Of a stretch of DNA of 64,000 nt, positions 8,823 to 18,928 are shown piece after piece. The position numbers and the translations under genes were made by a program. The first letter of the stretch is position 1; each line of letters starts with the position of its first letter. Origin of the DNA: an uncultured Veillonellaceae bacterium (GTDB lineage Bacteria; Bacillota; Negativicutes; UBA1444); assembly GCA_964638945.1 (NCBI GenBank), contig CAZXCC010000001.1, positions 47,945 through 111,944 of the forward strand, given 5' to 3'. The notes below the pieces were generated by a model. That model did not search any database. It was not told where the DNA came from and saw nothing but the letters and a program-made list of their open reading frames with translations.

Positions 8823-9995
8823 ATGGCAAACCTAGTAATTACCAACATCGGCACAATTGTTTCAGGGGACATCGATTCTCCGATTCTCCAGGGTAACACC
8901 ATCGTTATCAAAGACGGAAAAATTGATGCCGTGGGAAATGCGGAACTGGTAGACGCTCTCAAAAAAGAATCGGTCGAATTCAAAACCATTGACGCAGGTG
9001 GTATGACAGTGACCCCGGGTCTGATTGATTCGCATGTTCATCCGGTCATCGGCGACTATACACCGAGGCAAAAGATGTCGGATTTTATCGACAGTTCCAT
9101 TCATGGAGGCGTGACTTCGATGATCTCCGCAGGGGAATGTCATACGCCGGGCCGTCCGACGGATCCGGCCGGTGTAAAAGCTCTGGCCATTCTGGCGAAA
9201 AAATCATTCGCAAATCTTAAGCCGGGCGGTGTGAAAGTTCATGCCGGCTCCGTGATTCTTGAAAAAGGGCTGACGGAAGCTGATTTTGCTGAGATGGCGG
9301 CAGCGGGTGTCAATATCGTCGGCGAGGTGGGCCTGGGTTCGGTAAAGAAGCCTGAAGATGCTGCGCCCATGGTGGCCTGGGCCAAGAAGCACAATATGAA
9401 AGTCATGATGCACACGGGCGGCACTTCGATTCCAGGTAGCTCCACAGTATCTGCAGATGACGTGATCAAAACGGACCCGGACGTAGTATCTCACATCAAT
9501 GGCGGCCCTACGGCGGTTTCATTGAAAGAGGTCGACAGGTTGCTTGACGAGACGCAGTTTGCATTGGAGATCGTACAGTGCGGCAACCCGAAAGTGGCTG
9601 ACTATGTGGCGCGCAAAGCGGCTGCCAAGAACCAGATGCATCGGATTATTTTCGGCAACGATGCTCCTTCCGGCACCGGCGTGATTCCTCTGGGGATTCT
9701 TCGAAACATCTGCCAGATTGCCAGCATATCTGAGATTCCTGCAGAAAAAGCCATTGCGATGGCTTCGGGAAACACTGCCCGTACTTATGGATTGAACACC
9801 GGAGTGATTGCGCCGGGAAAAGACGCGGATCTTGTGATTTTGGACACACCGATGGGCTCGGTCGGCAAGAATGCGCTGGAAGCGATTGAAGCCGGAGATT
9901 TGCCTGGAGTCGCGTTGGTACTTGTTGATGGAGTGATCAAGGTAAACAAGAGCCGCAATACTCCGCCGACAGTGGGAAAAGTAACGGGTGCCTAA
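8823..9995 (+). CDS. ena: enamidase-like amidohydrolase (1,4,5,6-tetrahydro-6-oxonicotinate amidohydrolase)
   Basis: amidohydrolase metal motif GLIDSHVHP; 390 aa, matching the about 386-aa E. barkeri enamidase; cluster context. Confidence 0.7.
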   Translation: MANLVITNIGTIVSGDIDSPILQGNTIVIKDGKIDAVGNAELVDALKKESVEFKTIDAGGMTVTPGLIDSHVHPVIGDYTPRQKMSDFIDSSIHGGVTSMISAGECHTPGRPTDPAGVKALAILAKKSFANLKPGGVKVHAGSVILEKGLTEADFAEMAAAGVNIVGEVGLGSVKKPEDAAPMVAWAKKHNMKVMMHTGGTSIPGSSTVSADDVIKTDPDVVSHINGGPTAVSLKEVDRLLDETQFALEIVQCGNPKVADYVARKAAAKNQMHRIIFGNDAPSGTGVIPLGILRNICQIASISEIPAEKAIAMASGNTARTYGLNTGVIAPGKDADLVILDTPMGSVGKNALEAIEAGDLPGVALVLVDGVIKVNKSRNTPPTVGKVTGA

Positions 9996-10016
9996 GGAAA
10001 CGGGAGGTTTGGAACA

Positions 10017-11525
10017 ATGATCATTGTCAAGAAGGAACTCTGCAAGGCCTGCGGCTTATGTGTCAAGAACTGTCCGGCAAGCGCGGTCAAAGTCATAGAC
10101 AAATTGGCCGTGGTGCAGGAGAATTGCGTCAGTTGCGGCGTCTGCGTCCGTGTCTGCCCTTTTCAGGCAATCATGCGCGAAGTGGAAATTGCTGCAGGCG
10201 CAGTTTCTTGCCGTTCATGCCCGGTCCAATGCGAAATCAAGGCAGGGTTTGAAGGTGCATGCAAACGCTATAGCAACATCAACGGAAAATTGGTGCGAAA
10301 CCGTGAACTGGTACTGGAAAATACCCGGTCTCAGGTGCCGGACCGGACAATCCCGGATAAGCCTCTGATTACTGCCGTAGGTGCGGGTACAGAGTATCCC
10401 TGCTGCCGTCCGGCCCCTCATATTGTCGGTGAGACGATCGACGGCATCGATGTGGTGACCGTAGTGACGGAAGCTCCGCTCAGTTACAGCGGTATCAAGG
10501 TAAAGATTGACGCCAACCGCCACATCGGCGAAGAAGGCGCGAAGATATTCAGGGACGGTGCGCTCGTCGGCATGGTGGACACCGAAGAGTATGGATCAAA
10601 GATGATTTACATCGGCGGAGCGAATATTCTGAGCGGGAAGAATGGATTTGCCGCGGCCCGGACCATTGTCGAACTGGCGAATGAAGAACGAGTGACACTG
10701 CAGGTCGAAAAAGGAAGCAAGCTGGAACTGCAGGTCGGTCACGCACCAATCATTGACGGTGTTGCCGAAAAGAAAATGCGTGTTGGTTGCGGCAGTGCAA
10801 CCGTCGGTATGTTTGCACGTATCATGAGTCAGGCAGTGGATGAAGCCATCGTGCTGGACCATCATGTTATTGGACTTCTGTCGGAACACCGGGCGGGTGA
10901 AGAGGTTGGAATGCGCTGGAGCGGCGTTGTTCCAAACGGCAGAAAAAGTACAAGGGGTAGATATTTCGGGGAGCATGGGCATGGTTGGGGCGGCACTCAT
11001 ATCGAAAAGCCTCTGGATGCAGTCAAGTCTGTAGATATGAGCATCGCCAGACAGGGCATGAAAATATTGGTTACCGAAACTACCGGGCAAAAAGGCGCAT
11101 TGCTGGAAGTGCAAGCGGATGGCAGTGTGCGCGAGATTCCGATGACTCCGGATGCTCAGGCCGCTGTCAACATGATTGTCGACAATTGTGAGGAAGCCAG
11201 GGTATCTGCCGTTTATGTCGGCGGAACCGGCGGCAGTGCGAGAGCAGGCGTGACGACCTATCCCATCAAGCTTTCACGCGCCGTGCATGCAGGGGAAGCA
11301 AAGTTGACAATCGGCGGGGCCATGGCCTACATCCTTCCGGGAGGCGGCATAAATTTTCTGGTGGATGTGGAAAAAGTGGAACCGAAGGCTTTTACCTGGG
11401 TTCCGACTCCTGCAACAGTAGCGCCGGTTGAATATACGATGACCCGCCGCAAATATGAAGAAATCGGTGGACATGTCGAGTCCATCAAACCCCTCTCCAC
11501 GCTCAAAAAGGCGAACAAAAAATGA
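10017..11525 (+). CDS. hnr: 6-hydroxynicotinate reductase-like protein with N-terminal 2x[4Fe-4S] ferredoxin domain
   Basis: CKACGLCVKNCP and CVSCGVCVRVCP motifs plus additional Cys clusters; position and size consistent with Hnr of the E. barkeri pathway. Confidence 0.6.
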   Translation: MIIVKKELCKACGLCVKNCPASAVKVIDKLAVVQENCVSCGVCVRVCPFQAIMREVEIAAGAVSCRSCPVQCEIKAGFEGACKRYSNINGKLVRNRELVLENTRSQVPDRTIPDKPLITAVGAGTEYPCCRPAPHIVGETIDGIDVVTVVTEAPLSYSGIKVKIDANRHIGEEGAKIFRDGALVGMVDTEEYGSKMIYIGGANILSGKNGFAAARTIVELANEERVTLQVEKGSKLELQVGHAPIIDGVAEKKMRVGCGSATVGMFARIMSQAVDEAIVLDHHVIGLLSEHRAGEEVGMRWSGVVPNGRKSTRGRYFGEHGHGWGGTHIEKPLDAVKSVDMSIARQGMKILVTETTGQKGALLEVQADGSVREIPMTPDAQAAVNMIVDNCEEARVSAVYVGGTGGSARAGVTTYPIKLSRAVHAGEAKLTIGGAMAYILPGGGINFLVDVEKVEPKAFTWVPTPATVAPVEYTMTRRKYEEIGGHVESIKPLSTLKKANKK

Positions 11526-12355
11526 TCAGGGAATTGGGGCCGGGCAAGGTTGCGCTTGATTTTGGTCCTACCCAGATGAATATTCATGTTTCCGGCGACA
11601 ATGCCGGTACCGGCATTGCGAAAGAAGCAGCGGATTACGCAATAAAGCTGGTTACGGAACTGGCGGGTTTTAAAACGATTGCAGCCAGGCCGCAAAGCGA
11701 AATCGGCACGCTGGAGGATCTGCCTGTCGTGCTCCAGAGAATGATCGAGTCTGTCAGAAAAACCGGGGATACGGATCTGACCCCCATGGCTGCAGTTGCC
11801 GGAACTCTATCGGACATGACTGCAGACTGGCTTTTTGCCAGAGGCGTCTCGAAGGTTATCGTCAACAATGGCGGCGATATTGCGATAAGACTCTCGGGAG
11901 AACAACGAGCCACGGTTGGCATTGCACCGGCCTTGGGCATGCCGCCGACCCACGTTCTGCATATCGGTGCAGCCGATGGCATCGGCGGTGTGACAACAAG
12001 CGGTTCAGGCGGACGAAGTTTCACCAAAGGAATTGCCACCGCCGCCACCGTTGCGGCAAAAACGGCGTCGATAGCCGACGCCTGCGCCACAAGCATCGGC
12101 AACGCAACCTTTTCTCCCCATCCATCCATCCGCATGGCTAGAGCGGAAGAAATCGATCCATTGACTGACATCGCAGGGCACTGGGTGGTTCGGGACGTGG
12201 GAGAACTGCCGCAGGAAACGGTTCAGGCAGCTCTTGAAAACGGATGGATGAGGGCAAAAAGCTATTTGGACAGAGGGATCATCAAAGGATGCGTTATCTT
12301 TATCGGACAAGCTGGAGTGGTGCTGCCGGAAGGGCTAGTGACTCCCTTGCCGTAA
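11522..12355 (+). CDS. conserved hypothetical protein, Gly/Ala-rich, in nicotinate cluster (possible Hnr accessory)
   Basis: ORF 277 aa translationally coupled (ATGA) to hnr; no motif recognised. Confidence 0.45.
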   Translation: MIRELGPGKVALDFGPTQMNIHVSGDNAGTGIAKEAADYAIKLVTELAGFKTIAARPQSEIGTLEDLPVVLQRMIESVRKTGDTDLTPMAAVAGTLSDMTADWLFARGVSKVIVNNGGDIAIRLSGEQRATVGIAPALGMPPTHVLHIGAADGIGGVTTSGSGGRSFTKGIATAATVAAKTASIADACATSIGNATFSPHPSIRMARAEEIDPLTDIAGHWVVRDVGELPQETVQAALENGWMRAKSYLDRGIIKGCVIFIGQAGVVLPEGLVTPLP

Positions 12356-12376
12356 AAATTAAGAGGAGGGTATATT

Positions 12377-12961
12377 ATGGAACTGGAAATTCGTAAGATT
12401 GTAACTGTTGTGGAAGAAACCTGCAAGGAAGCCGGACGCAAACTGGAAAAACCGACGCGCAAAGCTGCGGCGATGGCTGTTGTTGCCAATCCGTATGCGG
12501 GGCAATATGTGGAAGACCTGAATCCGCTGATTGATGCCTGCCTGCCGCTCGGAGAGCTCTTGACCAAACGTGCAGTGGAAGCATTGGGCATTGCGCCTGA
12601 AAAAGTAGAAAGCTATGGCAAGGCGGCTATCGTAGGCATAAATGGCGAACTGGAGCATGCCGCGGCGCTGCTGCATCCCAAACTCGGGACACCGATCCGC
12701 GATAATGTCGGCGGAGGAAAGGCAATTCTGCCTTCAACCAAAAAAGTCGGTGGACCAGGAACGGCGATCGATGTATCACTCGGATTCAAAAACGCCGCAT
12801 ACGTGCGGACTCACTTCGATGCAATGGAAGTACGGATTGCCGATGCTCCACGGGACAATGAAATTGTCCTTATCGTTGCTGTGACTGATTCGGGCCGTCC
12901 GCTGGCGCGTGTGGGCGGATTGACTGTGGATCAGGTCAAAGGCGAAGACGGATTGCGCTAA
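12377..12961 (+). CDS. amino-acid-synthesis (AA_synth/DUF1185) family protein, function unknown
   Basis: N-terminal MELEIRKIVTVVEE... and length about 190 aa typical of that family (from memory). Confidence 0.5.
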   Translation: MELEIRKIVTVVEETCKEAGRKLEKPTRKAAAMAVVANPYAGQYVEDLNPLIDACLPLGELLTKRAVEALGIAPEKVESYGKAAIVGINGELEHAAALLHPKLGTPIRDNVGGGKAILPSTKKVGGPGTAIDVSLGFKNAAYVRTHFDAMEVRIADAPRDNEIVLIVAVTDSGRPLARVGGLTVDQVKGEDGLR

Positions 12962-12974
12962 ACAAAAAATATAG

Positions 12975-13007
12975 TTGCTAGAACAAGGAAATTCCTTGTT
13001 CTAGCAA
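12975..13007. other. perfect 15-bp stem / 3-nt loop hairpin (TTGCTAGAACAAGGA aat TCCTTGTTCTAGCAA) between cluster genes; U-run lies on the minus-strand side
   Basis: base pairing verified by eye, 15/15 pairs. Confidence 0.6.
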
Positions 13008-13024
13008 AATTGGGGGGAAGAAAG

Positions 13025-13912
13025 GTGCGTATCGGATTTATCGGTATCGGAGCCATGGGAAAACCGATGGCGCTGAACCTTCTAAAGGCTGGCCATGAAC
13101 TGTATGTTTTTGATGTCGTGGCAGCTGCGGTGGCAGACATGGTTGCTCAGGGGGGGCAGGCATGCACGTCGCCCAAAGAGCTTGCGCAGAAGACGGAAGC
13201 AGTTATTACAATGCTGCCCAATGCCAAGATTGTGGAAAGTACACTGACAGGTGAAAACGGGCTTTTAGCCGGCTCACGTCCCGGACAGGTTTTCATCGAC
13301 ATGAGCAGTGTCTCCGCTGGCAGTACGAAACTGATGGCCAAACTCGCCGGTGAAAAAGGGGTCGGCTATGTGGATGCACCGGTAAGCGGCGGGGTGGCTG
13401 GCGCTACGGCTGGAACACTGACCATCATGGTTGGGGGAAGTGTGGATGACGTTGCGAAAGTACAACCCATACTGCAGGCTATGGGGAAAAACATCCACCA
13501 TGTCGGAGAAGTGGGTGCGGGTGATTCCATCAAGGTCGTCAACAATCTGCTGCTCGGGATCAATATGGCAGCGGTTGCTGAAGCGTTGGTGCTCGGAGTG
13601 AAATCCGGCCTGTCGCCCCAGGTCATGCTTGATATCATCAAGGGGAGCTCCGGCCGAAGTTATGCGTTGGAGGCGAAGACTCCGGGCTTTATCCTGAAAA
13701 ATAATTTTGCAGCCGGATTTGCCATCGACCTGCAGTACAAGGATCTGGAACTGGCGGCCGAAACGGCAAAAAGTCTGGGAATGCCGCTTCCGCTGGGATC
13801 CATGGCGCAACAGATTTTTGAAATGGCCAGGGCCAAGGGACTGGGGCGCGAGGATATTTCAGCAGTGATCAAGGTGTGGGAAGAACTGGTCGGCGTGCAA
13901 GTGAGGGAATAG
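13025..13912 (+). CDS. hgd: 2-(hydroxymethyl)glutarate dehydrogenase-like (3-hydroxyisobutyrate dehydrogenase family, NAD-binding)
   Basis: GFIGIGAMGKPMALNL Rossmann motif; about 296 aa; cluster context. Confidence 0.75.
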   Translation: MRIGFIGIGAMGKPMALNLLKAGHELYVFDVVAAAVADMVAQGGQACTSPKELAQKTEAVITMLPNAKIVESTLTGENGLLAGSRPGQVFIDMSSVSAGSTKLMAKLAGEKGVGYVDAPVSGGVAGATAGTLTIMVGGSVDDVAKVQPILQAMGKNIHHVGEVGAGDSIKVVNNLLLGINMAAVAEALVLGVKSGLSPQVMLDIIKGSSGRSYALEAKTPGFILKNNFAAGFAIDLQYKDLELAAETAKSLGMPLPLGSMAQQIFEMARAKGLGREDISAVIKVWEELVGVQVRE

Positions 13913-13919
13913 AAGGTAG

Positions 13920-15344
13920 GTGCAGGGGATGGAGAAGATATATAAGGAATTAAAAGAAAAGAATTTGTTGCCGGGCCAGCTGACTATCGGTGACTGTATT
14001 GGTGTGGCCAAAACAGTCGGAACGAGTGTTGGTGAAGTGATCATTGCCGAAGCGATGGAAGTCGGCAAAATGACCCGGCAGGAAGTGCTGTCGGCCGTGA
14101 TGGCAAGTTTTTCTCACAATCTGTATGCGATAGAAATCGGTACAACAACTGGTTCCAGCTTTCTGATGGGCAACGCGGGGCGGGAACTGACACAGGGAGC
14201 TGCCCCGCAGATTGTGGAAGATACTTTCCTGAACAAGGTGCTGGGATTTACGATTGGGGCACAGGTGGGAAACCATTCGGTCGGTTTGCAGCCTTGCGCC
14301 GGAACTGGCGATTCCTGTACGTATTCGGGTTTTGTCAAAGCCATGTTGGAAGAGGTGGCCGATCAGGAGCTGATTGCCCGTGTTGCGGCTGTCATGCTGA
14401 AAATCGGTACGATATTTCGCGTGGGTAAAACATCAACCGGCTGTAATATGGAAGGATTTGGTGCAGGTTCCGCTGCTTCTGCGGCAGCGTTCATCGAACT
14501 AGCCGGCGGTACACCGGAACAGATGGAGAAGGCCATTGTCCTGGCCTTGTCACCAACGATCGCGGTTCCTTGTACCCCCAGGGTCATGGTGGCCGGAATT
14601 TGCGCCACGCATATCGGCGGTGGCGTAATGATCGGCAAACTGGCGGCGCAGCTTGCGATGCATACCTCCATCCCCATCACCGTTCCTGCAGATGTGATGA
14701 TCGCCATGGCGGCAGCCGTTCATCCGATATCCGCCAAACATGTGGTTCCCACAGTGATTCAGTACATGGAGCCTTTTTTCAAAACCAACCTGGCGGTAGA
14801 AGGCTATATTTCTCCGGAAATAAAGGCGGAGGAAAAGGAGCGGATCGATCAGACTATTGGTCATGCTCTTGCTGAAGCCCGAGAACTGGCCCGCAAATCC
14901 AACCCGATCGTCAAACCGTTCAGTGAGGCGGTTGTAGGCGGAAGCAGCCAAGCTGTCGGTTCCCCGACGAACGCGGCCCGGATTGCGCATTTCCTTGCCA
15001 AAGGCGAAGTGAAGAAAGTCAAAATCGAGCTGTATCCCGAATTATTTGCCAGACGCGGCATCAATGTGCCGGGCATCCTGATGGCGGCAATTTACGGCGC
15101 AGGGACGGATAACAGCAAACTGTATCGTGAAGTCATGGACAAAGTGAAGGCTGCGGGAATCGAAGTGGAAATCCTGCAGGCCAGCGAATCTCAGATGCAG
15201 CGGATTACCGTCGAAGCCAGTGAAAAGAACGGGATGGTGCAGACTCTCAATCGTGGCGGAGCCCGCCTGGTTCTGCAAAAAGCATCCGATTTGGCAGAAG
15301 CATTCCGGATTGCCAAGGACCTTGGCATTGAAACGGTCGAGTAG
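13920..15344 (+). CDS. hmd: 2-(hydroxymethyl)glutarate dehydratase-like (Fe-S L-serine dehydratase family, fused beta+alpha)
   Basis: serine dehydratase-like single-chain architecture 474 aa; cluster context. Confidence 0.7.
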   Translation: MQGMEKIYKELKEKNLLPGQLTIGDCIGVAKTVGTSVGEVIIAEAMEVGKMTRQEVLSAVMASFSHNLYAIEIGTTTGSSFLMGNAGRELTQGAAPQIVEDTFLNKVLGFTIGAQVGNHSVGLQPCAGTGDSCTYSGFVKAMLEEVADQELIARVAAVMLKIGTIFRVGKTSTGCNMEGFGAGSAASAAAFIELAGGTPEQMEKAIVLALSPTIAVPCTPRVMVAGICATHIGGGVMIGKLAAQLAMHTSIPITVPADVMIAMAAAVHPISAKHVVPTVIQYMEPFFKTNLAVEGYISPEIKAEEKERIDQTIGHALAEARELARKSNPIVKPFSEAVVGGSSQAVGSPTNAARIAHFLAKGEVKKVKIELYPELFARRGINVPGILMAAIYGAGTDNSKLYREVMDKVKAAGIEVEILQASESQMQRITVEASEKNGMVQTLNRGGARLVLQKASDLAEAFRIAKDLGIETVE

Positions 15345-15355
15345 GAGGAACGGTC

Positions 15356-16564
15356 GTGAATTTTATAGAAAAATATCTGGCTGCTGCGGCCGGTCTTGAA
15401 AAGGTAAGTGTAGGGCAAGATTTGCGCTGCCGGGTGGATCTGGCACTCAGCCATGACGTTACTGCGCCGATAGCCATTCAACAATTCGAACAGATTGGCA
15501 TCGACCATGTGTTTGATCCAGCCAAAGTGGTCCTGGTCATCGACCACATCTTTCCCGCATCGACCGTCCAGGCCCGGACTTCACATTGGATCATGAAAGA
15601 TTTTGCAGCAAAATTCGGTGTCACACTGTATAGCAAAGGGGAAGGCGTCTGCCACCAGCTCCTGTCGGAGCGGCATCGTTTGCAACCGGGGCAGATTCTG
15701 GTGGGGGCAGACTCACACACTTGTACAGCCGGCGGTTACGGCGTGATCGGAATCCCTGTCGGATCGACGGAACTGGCTGCTGCGATGGCGACCGGTACAA
15801 TCGACCTGGAAGTTCCACCTGTGGTCGAAGTCTTCATGACTGGCGCCCTGAATCCCGGCGTAAGCGGCAAGGACATCGTTCTGAGCCTGATCAAGCGTTT
15901 CGGCGTCGATGGGCTTACAGACAAGGCGGTTGTTTTTACTGGCCCGGGAATTACAGGAATTTCTACAGGGGAACGGATGACGATCTGTAATATGGGAATC
16001 GAGATGGGCGCAATGATTGCCTGCTTTGGAGAGGAAACCAAAGCGGAGGATGTTGCGGAAAGCATTCCGCTGGAGCTGGAAAAACTGGTTCCGCTTGCGG
16101 CCTGTCCGCATTCACCAGCCAATGTTCGCCCGGTTTCCGACCTGAAGGACGTATCGGTAACCCAGGTGGTGGTCGGCAGTTGTACGAACGGGAGACTGAA
16201 CGACATGGAAAAAGTAGTCGATGTGCTCAGAAACCATAAAGTTCATCCCGATGTAAACTGTCTGATAATCCCCGCATCGAAAAACATACTGGATGCGATG
16301 GAAGAACAAGGCTGGTGCAAAATTTTGCGCGATGCCGGCGCTGTGGTGGCAAATCCCGGTTGTGGCCCGTGTTTTGGCGCTCATCAGGGATTGGGCACGG
16401 AACGCGACGTGATCGTATCCACCACGAATCGTAATTTCCCAGGACGAATGGGGCACCGGACCGCGAATATCTATCTTGCTTCACCCGCTACGGCAGCTGC
16501 ATCGGCGGTGACCGGGAAAATTACCGAACCAGGTTCGCTGGCAGCCGGAGGTGATTTGAAATGA
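15356..16564 (+). CDS. dmdA: dimethylmaleate hydratase large subunit (aconitase/LeuC family)
   Basis: GADSHTCTAGG aconitase-family motif; GTG start after GGAGG. Confidence 0.75.
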   Translation: MNFIEKYLAAAAGLEKVSVGQDLRCRVDLALSHDVTAPIAIQQFEQIGIDHVFDPAKVVLVIDHIFPASTVQARTSHWIMKDFAAKFGVTLYSKGEGVCHQLLSERHRLQPGQILVGADSHTCTAGGYGVIGIPVGSTELAAAMATGTIDLEVPPVVEVFMTGALNPGVSGKDIVLSLIKRFGVDGLTDKAVVFTGPGITGISTGERMTICNMGIEMGAMIACFGEETKAEDVAESIPLELEKLVPLAACPHSPANVRPVSDLKDVSVTQVVVGSCTNGRLNDMEKVVDVLRNHKVHPDVNCLIIPASKNILDAMEEQGWCKILRDAGAVVANPGCGPCFGAHQGLGTERDVIVSTTNRNFPGRMGHRTANIYLASPATAAASAVTGKITEPGSLAAGGDLK

Positions 16565-17055
16565 AGACAATCAAGGGTCGTGTATGGGTTTTTGACGACA
16601 ATGTGGATACCGATCAGATACTGCCTGGCTATGCAATGGCCGAGGCTGCAGCTTCCCTGGGACGTTTTGCCATGGCTGGCAGCAAGATTCCGGATTTCTC
16701 CGGCAAGGTTCAAGCCGGTGACATTATTGTCGCAGGCAAAAACTTCGGCTGCGGTTCCAGTCGGGAGCAGGCGCCGGTTGCGCTGAAACTGGCAGGAGTC
16801 AGTCTGCTCATTGCTCCCTCTTTTGCCCGGATTTTTCGCCGGAATTCCATCAATATCGGATTGCCGGTGATGTTGGGAGATATTCGGGAGGAAGTCAAAA
16901 CAGGAGATATTATCGAAGTGGATATTGAAAGCGGCGTTATTGTCGCTGCGGAGAGAAAACTGTCAGCTCAACCTCTGGCGCCCAATGTGCTGGCAACGGT
17001 GCGGGCCGGCGGCCTGATCAACCGTGTCCGCCAAGAACTGGGTATTGCAAACTGA
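16561..17055 (+). CDS. dmdB: dimethylmaleate hydratase small subunit (LeuD-like)
   Basis: 164 aa LeuD-like swivel domain; ATGA overlap with dmdA. Confidence 0.75.
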   Translation: MKTIKGRVWVFDDNVDTDQILPGYAMAEAAASLGRFAMAGSKIPDFSGKVQAGDIIVAGKNFGCGSSREQAPVALKLAGVSLLIAPSFARIFRRNSINIGLPVMLGDIREEVKTGDIIEVDIESGVIVAAERKLSAQPLAPNVLATVRAGGLINRVRQELGIAN

Positions 17056-17080
17056 ACGATATACTGCAGGAGGAACCAAA

Positions 17081-18928
17081 ATGCAAGAAAAAACCATGCG
17101 GATTATTACCGAGGACTATGACAGAGTAAAAGCATATTCGGAAACCTTTGCCGTTCCCATGCCGACCCTGGGCAAGGATGGATCGGTGGATGGTCTGCCG
17201 GCTCCATATCCGCGGGAAGTCTGCGGTGTCCAGCGCAGCGGCTACCGGATTTATGAACTGGCACAACAAGCTGAAAAAACAGGGATTCCTGTGCAGAATC
17301 CGATACTTGGGCGCAATACGGCGGAAGAAACCTATAAAGAATCGGTTGAAATGTATAATATGGCCGAAAAACTGGGCATCAAAATATTCCATTTTGTGCA
17401 CTCGGAAGCTACGCGCCATATCGATCCCTTGAACGGACGAGAACTGATCGAACAGTCGCGCGGCAAGGGCGGCATTACGCCGATGGGTGAACGAAAACTG
17501 GTGGAACTGGGCGGAGGCTCGATTCATCCGATGCGGATCAATGCAACAGGGGATACTCCGCATCTTTCGATCATCAACGCCCTGCTGGCCGGATTTGACG
17601 GAACGGACATCGGACCGGTCATTCATGTGCACTTCGGCGGCCGAGGCATCCATGACTACAAGACCAAAGTGGTAAACGGATTCCGCGCCTTGGAAATTTG
17701 TGCCGAGCACAATATGTTCGTGCAAATTGAGTCGCACAAGCACTTGAATAATATCGGCGGAACGGATGGGATGGCTCTGGCCATGTGTCTGCTGGCAGAA
17801 GGCTTGGGCGTTCTTGCCGGTCTGCCTCCGGAACTGAGCGCAGTGCAGATGAATGTGACAGGATTGAACTTGCTCGGAGATCTCGCATCAATGCGTGCCT
17901 TCAAGGAAACCATGTGGAGCAAGAGCCTGATCGTAGTGCCGGAAACCTTCCAGAATCCTCCGGGCGACCTGATTGCTGAATCGGCGCACTTTGCCCGGAT
18001 GGCGATTAGTGCAAAGCTTGGAGGCGCCCACTTCTACCGTCCGAAAGCAGCCGAGTCCGTGGGAATTCCCACTGGCGGCTCCATGGCAAAAGCGATCTGG
18101 GGAACACAAAACGTGTTCGAAAACACGGTGAAAGTGGAAATCCACGATCCGTACATCGAAGTCCGGAAAAATGAAATTCTTGATGAAGCCATGGCGGTGC
18201 TGGAAGGCGTTCTGGGCATCGGCCGTACGCTGGCGCCTGATGAAATCAACGAGAAATTCTGGCGCAAATATGACAAGGATGAACTGAGTGAAAAAATTGT
18301 CACTGCAGGCAAAGCCGGAATAATGGACTGCCCGCGCGCCGGCGGCTGGGATTTGAAACGCCATGTGCGAACGCACCGTGACAAAGACGGTATCAAACGA
18401 TATGTTCCGGGTTTCACTCCGTTGGGCGTGGATTCCGCACGTATGGCGATCACGACGGAACCGGTGGAAGTGCCGGAAGTGAAAAAACCTACCCGCAAGC
18501 AAAAAATGGTGCTGGCGACAGTTGGCGCCGATGCTCACGTCATGGGAATCAACATGATCAAGGAAGCTTTCGAAAAAGCCGGCTACGAGGTGATTTACCT
18601 CCGCGGCATGAACCTGCCGGAAACAGTGGCGGAAGTAGCGGCTGAAGCCAAGGCCGAGATTATTGGCATTACGAACCTTCTCGGGATGGGCCGCGAATTG
18701 TTCCCGAGGGTGCAGAAACGTCTGCAGGAACTGGGGATGAGCGATAAGGTCCTGCTCATCGCTGGGGGCCGGATTGCCGAAAAAGAAGAAGAACATGCCT
18801 ATTTTGAAGAAAAAATCGCCAAAGAAGGTCCGACTTTCCTCGGAGTGGAGAATTTCTTCGGGCCGGGCACCGATCCGGTCAAATGTGTCGAGTGGACCGC
18901 AAAAGCACTTGAAAGGAAGGGTCTGTAA
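17081..18928 (+). CDS. mgm: 2-methyleneglutarate mutase (adenosylcobalamin-dependent)
   Basis: C-terminal B12-binding domain with [12 protein letters not shown] (DxHxxG) motif; 615 aa, same as the E. barkeri enzyme; GGAGG RBS. Confidence 0.8.
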   Translation: MQEKTMRIITEDYDRVKAYSETFAVPMPTLGKDGSVDGLPAPYPREVCGVQRSGYRIYELAQQAEKTGIPVQNPILGRNTAEETYKESVEMYNMAEKLGIKIFHFVHSEATRHIDPLNGRELIEQSRGKGGITPMGERKLVELGGGSIHPMRINATGDTPHLSIINALLAGFDGTDIGPVIHVHFGGRGIHDYKTKVVNGFRALEICAEHNMFVQIESHKHLNNIGGTDGMALAMCLLAEGLGVLAGLPPELSAVQMNVTGLNLLGDLASMRAFKETMWSKSLIVVPETFQNPPGDLIAESAHFARMAISAKLGGAHFYRPKAAESVGIPTGGSMAKAIWGTQNVFENTVKVEIHDPYIEVRKNEILDEAMAVLEGVLGIGRTLAPDEINEKFWRKYDKDELSEKIVTAGKAGIMDCPRAGGWDLKRHVRTHRDKDGIKRYVPGFTPLGVDSARMAITTEPVEVPEVKKPTRKQKMVLATVGADAHVMGINMIKEAFEKAGYEVIYLRGMNLPETVAEVAAEAKAEIIGITNLLGMGRELFPRVQKRLQELGMSDKVLLIAGGRIAEKEEEHAYFEEKIAKEGPTFLGVENFFGPGTDPVKCVEWTAKALERKGL

